DNA of 64,000 nucleotides, from positions 53,367-117,366 of the forward strand of contig JAPLZY010000008.1 of assembly GCA_026394775.1 (NCBI GenBank), read 5' to 3'. A program made the position numbers and the translations under genes. Below the pieces are notes generated by a model, which saw only the letters and a list, made by a program, of their open reading frames with translations, did not search any database and was not told the origin of the DNA. This document shows positions 59,239-64,000 of the stretch, in pieces. Origin of the DNA: Candidatus Zambryskiibacteriota bacterium (GTDB lineage Bacteria > Patescibacteriota > Minisyncoccia > Phycocordibacterales > DATDWN01). Numbering within the stretch: the stretch's first letter is position 1; each line of letters begins with the position of its first letter.

Positions 59239-61746
59239 ATGAGTATTTTCAGTAAAATATTTGGCAGTCAAAACGATAAAGAAATCCAGAAACTCCAACC
59301 ACTCGTGGAGCGTATAAACTCGTACGAAGAAGACTATATAAAGCTTTCATCTGAAGAACTAAAAGCAAAGACAGCTTTATTTAAAGAACGTATCACAAAA
59401 GGTGAGACCATCGACTCGCTTGTACCAGAAGCCTTTGCGCTGGTAAGAGAAATGTCTAAACGCACACTTGGTCAAAGACATTTCGATGTTCAGTTCTTGG
59501 GAGGTTTGATACTCCATCAAGGAGGTATTCCTGAAATGCGAACAGGAGAAGGAAAGACGCTTGTTGCAACACTACCGGTCTACACACAAGCACTTGCAGG
59601 TCTCGGAGTGCATGTGGTTACCGTTAACGACTATCTCTCTCGTCGTGATGCAAGCTGGATGGGGCAGATATATGATGCACTTGGTCTTTCGGTGGGAGTG
59701 ATCAACCACGACGAATCTTTTCTTTATGACTCAACTCATGTTGAAAAAGATACAGAGCGCGACCAAGTCGGTTCATTTAAAGTGGTCAATGAATTCCTTC
59801 GACCATGTACGCGAAAAGAAGCGTATGCCGCAGATATTACCTACGGTACAAACAATGAATTCGGTTTTGACTTCTTGAGAGATAATATTGAATACGAAAC
59901 AGCGCGTCTCCGACAGCGCGGTCATCATTTTGCTATTGTCGACGAAGTTGACTCTATCTTGATCGACGAAGCACGAACACCACTCATCATCTCTGCACCA
60001 TCATCTGACTCAGGAGAACTCTACGCTCGATTCGCAGACATTGCATCAAAGCTTAGTCCTGAAACAGACTATACCGTGGATGAAAAATACAAGTCCATAT
60101 CACTCACAGATGCGGGTATCACGCACGCAGAAAAACTACTCGGTGTAGAAAATATTTATACAGAAAAAGGTATCAAGTACGTGCACCATTTGGAGACTGC
60201 GGTCAAAGCTCGTGCACTCTTTATCAACGACAAAGAATATGTAGTTAAAGACGATGAGATTATTATTGTCGATGAATTTACTGGCCGTCTCCAACCAGGC
60301 CGTCGATGGTCAGAAGGACTTCATCAGGCTATCGAGGCAAAAGAAAAAGTGTCTATTCAAAAAGAGTCAAAGACTTTTGCATCGATTACATTTCAAAATT
60401 ATTTTAGACTCTACACCAGACTCTCAGGTATGACCGGTACTGCCCGCACATCTTCTGAAGAGTTTTTCAAGGTGTATGGACTTCATGTTGTTTCTGTTCC
60501 TACAAACAAACCGGTAGCACGTATCGACAAAAATGACCTTATCTTTAAAACAGAAATAGGAAAGTTTAAAGCTATTGCTCGAGAAGTAAAAGAACGATGG
60601 CAAAAAGGTCAGCCGGTACTTGTTGGTACAGTTTCTATTGAGCGCAATGAGCTCTTGTCTGAATTTTTAAAAGCAGAAGGTATTCCACATGAATTATTGA
60701 ATGCTAAAAACCATGCACGAGAAGGGGAGATTATCGCTCAAGCAGGAAAAAAAGGTTCTGTAACTATCGCAACCAACCTCGCTGGACGAGGAGTGGATGT
60801 TAAACTCGGTGGAAATCCATCGACACATGAAGAGTCTGAAAAAGTAAAAGAGCTCGGAGGACTCTTTGTGCTCGGTACCGAACGTCATGATGCTCGTCGT
60901 ATAGACAACCAACTTCGAGGGCGCTCAGGGCGCCAGGGTGACCCAGGTGAGACACAGTTCTTCGTGTCTCTTGAAGATACGCTTATGCGTGTATTTGGAG
61001 GAGATCGCTTGAAGTCAATGATGACAAAACTCGGAGTGCCCGATGATGAGGCTATTGAAAACAGCTTTATCACTCGTTCAATAGAGCAAGCTCAAGAGAA
61101 AATAGAAGGATTTAATTTTGATGCACGAAAACACGTACTTGAATTTGATGATGTACTAAACTATCAACGTAAGATTTTTTACGAACGAAGAAATAAGGTT
61201 TTGACGGGAGGGGTGGATGCTGTAGGGGAATTTGTTGAGCCGCTTCTTCACAAACTTACAGAAGAAGACAGAAAGGCGATTACAGAAAAGCTCGGCTCAG
61301 ATAAAGAGGCTGTGCTTGGTGTTGTTAGACAGATTGTACTTCAGACCATGGACATGTATTGGGTAGAACATTTGGAGGTGATGGACTATATGCGAAGCAG
61401 TGTAAACTTGCGTGCATACGGACAGCGTGACCCACTCACAGAATACAAACGAGAAGGCTTGAGGCTCTTTAAAGAGATGGAAGTTTCTATTGAAAACCAG
61501 ATCCTAAAACTCATCCCCGAAATACAGCCACAAACTTTGTTTGCACAAGAAACTACACCTGAGCTCAGGGAGACCAGAGAAGGTGCAGAGGCACTGACCA
61601 CAGAAAAACAAGTAAGTGCTGATGGGGTCGCAGATATGGTGGGGAGAAATGACCCGTGTCCATGTGGAGCAGTAAACCCGGAGACAGGTGAAGTCTACAA
61701 ATACAAAAAATGCGGAATGATAAACGCACCGCATCATAAAAAATAA
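59239..61746 (+). CDS. secA: Preprotein translocase subunit SecA
   Basis: MRTGEGKT, VDEVDSILIDEARTP, ATN.AGRG.D, QLRGRSGRQGDPG, GRNDPCPCG. Confidence 0.98.
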   Translation: MSIFSKIFGSQNDKEIQKLQPLVERINSYEEDYIKLSSEELKAKTALFKERITKGETIDSLVPEAFALVREMSKRTLGQRHFDVQFLGGLILHQGGIPEMRTGEGKTLVATLPVYTQALAGLGVHVVTVNDYLSRRDASWMGQIYDALGLSVGVINHDESFLYDSTHVEKDTERDQVGSFKVVNEFLRPCTRKEAYAADITYGTNNEFGFDFLRDNIEYETARLRQRGHHFAIVDEVDSILIDEARTPLIISAPSSDSGELYARFADIASKLSPETDYTVDEKYKSISLTDAGITHAEKLLGVENIYTEKGIKYVHHLETAVKARALFINDKEYVVKDDEIIIVDEFTGRLQPGRRWSEGLHQAIEAKEKVSIQKESKTFASITFQNYFRLYTRLSGMTGTARTSSEEFFKVYGLHVVSVPTNKPVARIDKNDLIFKTEIGKFKAIAREVKERWQKGQPVLVGTVSIERNELLSEFLKAEGIPHELLNAKNHAREGEIIAQAGKKGSVTIATNLAGRGVDVKLGGNPSTHEESEKVKELGGLFVLGTERHDARRIDNQLRGRSGRQGDPGETQFFVSLEDTLMRVFGGDRLKSMMTKLGVPDDEAIENSFITRSIEQAQEKIEGFNFDARKHVLEFDDVLNYQRKIFYERRNKVLTGGVDAVGEFVEPLLHKLTEEDRKAITEKLGSDKEAVLGVVRQIVLQTMDMYWVEHLEVMDYMRSSVNLRAYGQRDPLTEYKREGLRLFKEMEVSIENQILKLIPEIQPQTLFAQETTPELRETREGAEALTTEKQVSADGVADMVGRNDPCPCGAVNPETGEVYKYKKCGMINAPHHKK

Positions 61747-61843
61747 TTAAAAAAATCCCGTGAGGGATTTTTTTAATAAACAGACTTTTGATTCTATCTC
61801 CTAGGCAAAGTTATTTTTTAAAGATTCTGATATAATCAACCTA

Positions 61844-62482
61844 ATGATTTCAATAGCTGTAAATTTACTTGAAAAGTTTGTAGTACCACTCGGAGGCTGG
61901 GGTGTTTTTCTTGCCGAAGTGCTCGAAGAGGTGGTAGTGCCCATACCTTCTGCAGGTATTTTGCTTGGTTCAGGGTTTTTATTCCTGAAGGGTCCACTTA
62001 CACTAGCTCTTCTACAGACTTTATTTTTTACCGTTGTGATACCTGCAGCACTCGGCCTGACTCTTGGTTCTTTGGTCATCTATGCACTTGCGTACAAAGG
62101 AGGAAAGCCTTTTTTATTACGGTATGGAAAGTGGTTTGGTGTAGGTTGGGAAGATGTAGAGGAGGTCAATACCAAGTTTCAAAGCGGTTCATATGACGAA
62201 TGGTCCATCATACTCGCACGAGTATTTCCTATCATACCAAGTGTTTTGATAGCGGTATTTTGTGGTGTCACGCGCATGCCCGTAAAAAAATATATTGTTC
62301 TTACACTGATCGGAGCATTTTTCAAAGCATTGTTTTTAGGGGTTGTGGGTTGGCAGGTGGGAGCACTCTATATGGAGTATGCAGGGGTGATAGGAAAAGT
62401 TGAAAACCTCGTACTTCTAGTCATAATTCTCGCCTTTGGAGCCTTCGTTTTCTATAGAAAAAGAAAAAAGAAAGTGCTATAA
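61844..62482 (+). CDS. DedA/VTT family membrane protein
   Basis: PIPS, GS...Y.....GG, AR..P. Confidence 0.88.
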   Translation: MISIAVNLLEKFVVPLGGWGVFLAEVLEEVVVPIPSAGILLGSGFLFLKGPLTLALLQTLFFTVVIPAALGLTLGSLVIYALAYKGGKPFLLRYGKWFGVGWEDVEEVNTKFQSGSYDEWSIILARVFPIIPSVLIAVFCGVTRMPVKKYIVLTLIGAFFKALFLGVVGWQVGALYMEYAGVIGKVENLVLLVIILAFGAFVFYRKRKKKVL

Positions 62483-62491
62483 TAGGGGTAT

Positions 62492-62872
62492 ATGAAAAAG
62501 CAAATCCTTATCATTTTAGCGGTGTTGGTAGTAGTGCTTGGTGGTGCTTTTTTTGCAAGAAAAAACACAGCACCGAGTATATATGACACATTTGCTCAGT
62601 GTATAACAGACAGCGGAGCAAAGTTTTACGGTGCATTTTGGTGTCCACATTGTCGAGACCAAAAGGCAATGTTTGGAAGCAGTGCCAAGCTCTTGCCTTA
62701 TGTAGAGTGTTCAACTCCAGATGGACAAAGTCAGACACCGATATGTAAAGAAAAAGAGGTGAAGAGTTATCCTACATGGACTTTCACAAATGCTTCAAGT
62801 ACCACAGGTACAGTCGAGCTCGCTGACCTTGCAACAAAAACAGGGTGCGCGCTTCCCGTAGTAACAAACTAA
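62492..62872 (+). CDS. Exported thioredoxin-like protein (CPHC)
   Basis: FYGAFWCPHC..QK..FG, YVEC, YPTW. Confidence 0.85.
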   Translation: MKKQILIILAVLVVVLGGAFFARKNTAPSIYDTFAQCITDSGAKFYGAFWCPHCRDQKAMFGSSAKLLPYVECSTPDGQSQTPICKEKEVKSYPTWTFTNASSTTGTVELADLATKTGCALPVVTN

Positions 62873-62877
62873 TTTCC

Positions 62878-63411
62878 ATGGAAGCAACTCTTTTACAATC
62901 AATCGCATCTCCCACTATAGTCACTGCGACTTTGGTGTCCAATATTATTTTTGTCGCATTTTTGATTGCGTACAATGTATCAGGAGATGTAGAGAGGGGA
63001 GCTAAAAATTATCTTAAAAAAAATATAACCCTCGTGCTCTTTGTTGTCAGCGCCACAGCATTTGTCGGAAGTCTCGCTTATTCAAATATTGTAGGCTTCC
63101 CACCGTGCGAGCTTTGTTGGTGGACACGCATCCTCATGTATCCGCAGGTACTTCTTACGGCCTGTGCATTATGGAAGAAAGATTCAAATATTGTAAATAC
63201 ACTTCTTCCTCTTTCAGTACTTGGTTTTCTTTTGACCCTGTACCACTCATTCATCCTCTGGGGAGGGAAGTCCATACTGCCTTGTACCCAAGAGGGGGCA
63301 GCATGCAGTAAGCTCTATGTCATGGAATATGGATACATCACTATTCCGGTGATGGCACTCTCATGTTTTGTTTACTTACTGACCGCTACTTACATATACA
63401 AAAAATTTTAA
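62878..63411 (+). CDS. dsbB: Disulfide bond formation protein B (DsbB/BdbC family)
   Basis: PCELCWWTRILMYP, second Cys pair, ITIP.M. Confidence 0.85.
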   Translation: MEATLLQSIASPTIVTATLVSNIIFVAFLIAYNVSGDVERGAKNYLKKNITLVLFVVSATAFVGSLAYSNIVGFPPCELCWWTRILMYPQVLLTACALWKKDSNIVNTLLPLSVLGFLLTLYHSFILWGGKSILPCTQEGAACSKLYVMEYGYITIPVMALSCFVYLLTATYIYKKF

Positions 63412-63461
63412 ATCAAATCATCCGCACATGCGGATGATTTTAATAAGATGTATTAGTCACA

Positions 63462-63660
63462 CAGGACTTATCCGGCCTATAAGACCTATCTGACTTATGT
63501 ATGTCCTATCAGCTTAAGTCCTCTATCTGACCTATGCACCTCATATGACCTATCGGTCATATCTGACCTATTGTGTCATATTGGATTAAGACCTATTTGA
63601 CCAATAAGACTTTACACAGGCACAAGACCAACTCGACTTATTTGACCAATCAGTCCTATT
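63462..63660. repeat. Degenerate 9-nt tandem repeat tract (NNGACCTAT)
   Basis: AAGACCTAT, CTGACTTAT, CTGACCTAT, ATGACCTAT, TTGACCAAT, CAGTCCTAT and others. Confidence 0.75.
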
Positions 63661-63676
63661 AATTTAATTTTAAAAT

Positions 63677-64000
63677 ATGGAAAAAAATAAAATAACAATC
63701 GCAGTCCACAATGGAAGTTTTCATGCTGACGATGTCTTTGCTGTCGCCACACTTCTTCTTATGATTGAGGAAAAATATAATAAAGAATTGTCAGGGGAGA
63801 AGTATGGCGTGGAGGTGGTACGTACAAGAGACCCAGAGGTTATAAAAAACGCAACGCATGTGGTGGATGTGGGCGGGGTCTATGATCCAGAGACAAACCG
63901 CTTTGACCATCATCAGGAAGGGGGAGCAGGAGTACGAGAAGACGGCATACCATATGCCTCATTTGGGTTGGTGTGGAAGCAATACGGGGAAGAGCTTTCA
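63677..64000 (+). CDS. MYG1 family protein (3'-truncated by the window edge)
   Basis: HNGSFHADDVFA, RTRD, VVDVGGVYD....FDHHQ, ASFGLVW. Confidence 0.9.
   Translation, partial: MEKNKITIAVHNGSFHADDVFAVATLLLMIEEKYNKELSGEKYGVEVVRTRDPEVIKNATHVVDVGGVYDPETNRFDHHQEGGAGVREDGIPYASFGLVWKQYGEELS

Noticed and set aside
63462-63660. CRISPR array
   Set aside because: Units are ~9 nt and degenerate, with no 23-47 nt repeats, spacers or cas genes.

Overview
AT-rich bacterial chromosome segment, genes mostly on the + strand. 16S signatures, rRNA introns, unlinked rRNA genes and gene content point to Patescibacteria (CPR, Parcubacteria-like); this placement is inference. Main content: rplJ-rplL with an L10 leader; a stand-alone 23S-5S unit (~6.8-12.7 kb) whose 23S carries four group I introns (one inside the sarcin-ricin loop) and an AT-repeat hairpin insertion; rodA, a RAYT-type Y1 transposase with REP-like palindromes and secD-secF; a separately promoted 16S (~22.4-25.4 kb) with a group I intron, an h40 extension, an ORF-less group II intron and no anti-Shine-Dalgarno tail; tRNA-Ile(GAT); pyk; a VirD4-like ATPase; a ~25 kb surface-glycan locus; secA, DedA, thioredoxin/DsbB and MYG1. 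The most unusual signal is a family of ~90-110 nt three-hairpin elements inserted in partial duplicates of the 5S and tRNA-Ile genes, one of which holds the intact tRNA in its central loop. Also notable: many apparently leaderless genes, self-contained mini-gene cassettes (some with SD motifs this 16S cannot pair with), a stand-alone RNAP alpha-CTD-like protein and a 28-aa lysine-rich peptide. All calls come from manual reading; no searches were run.
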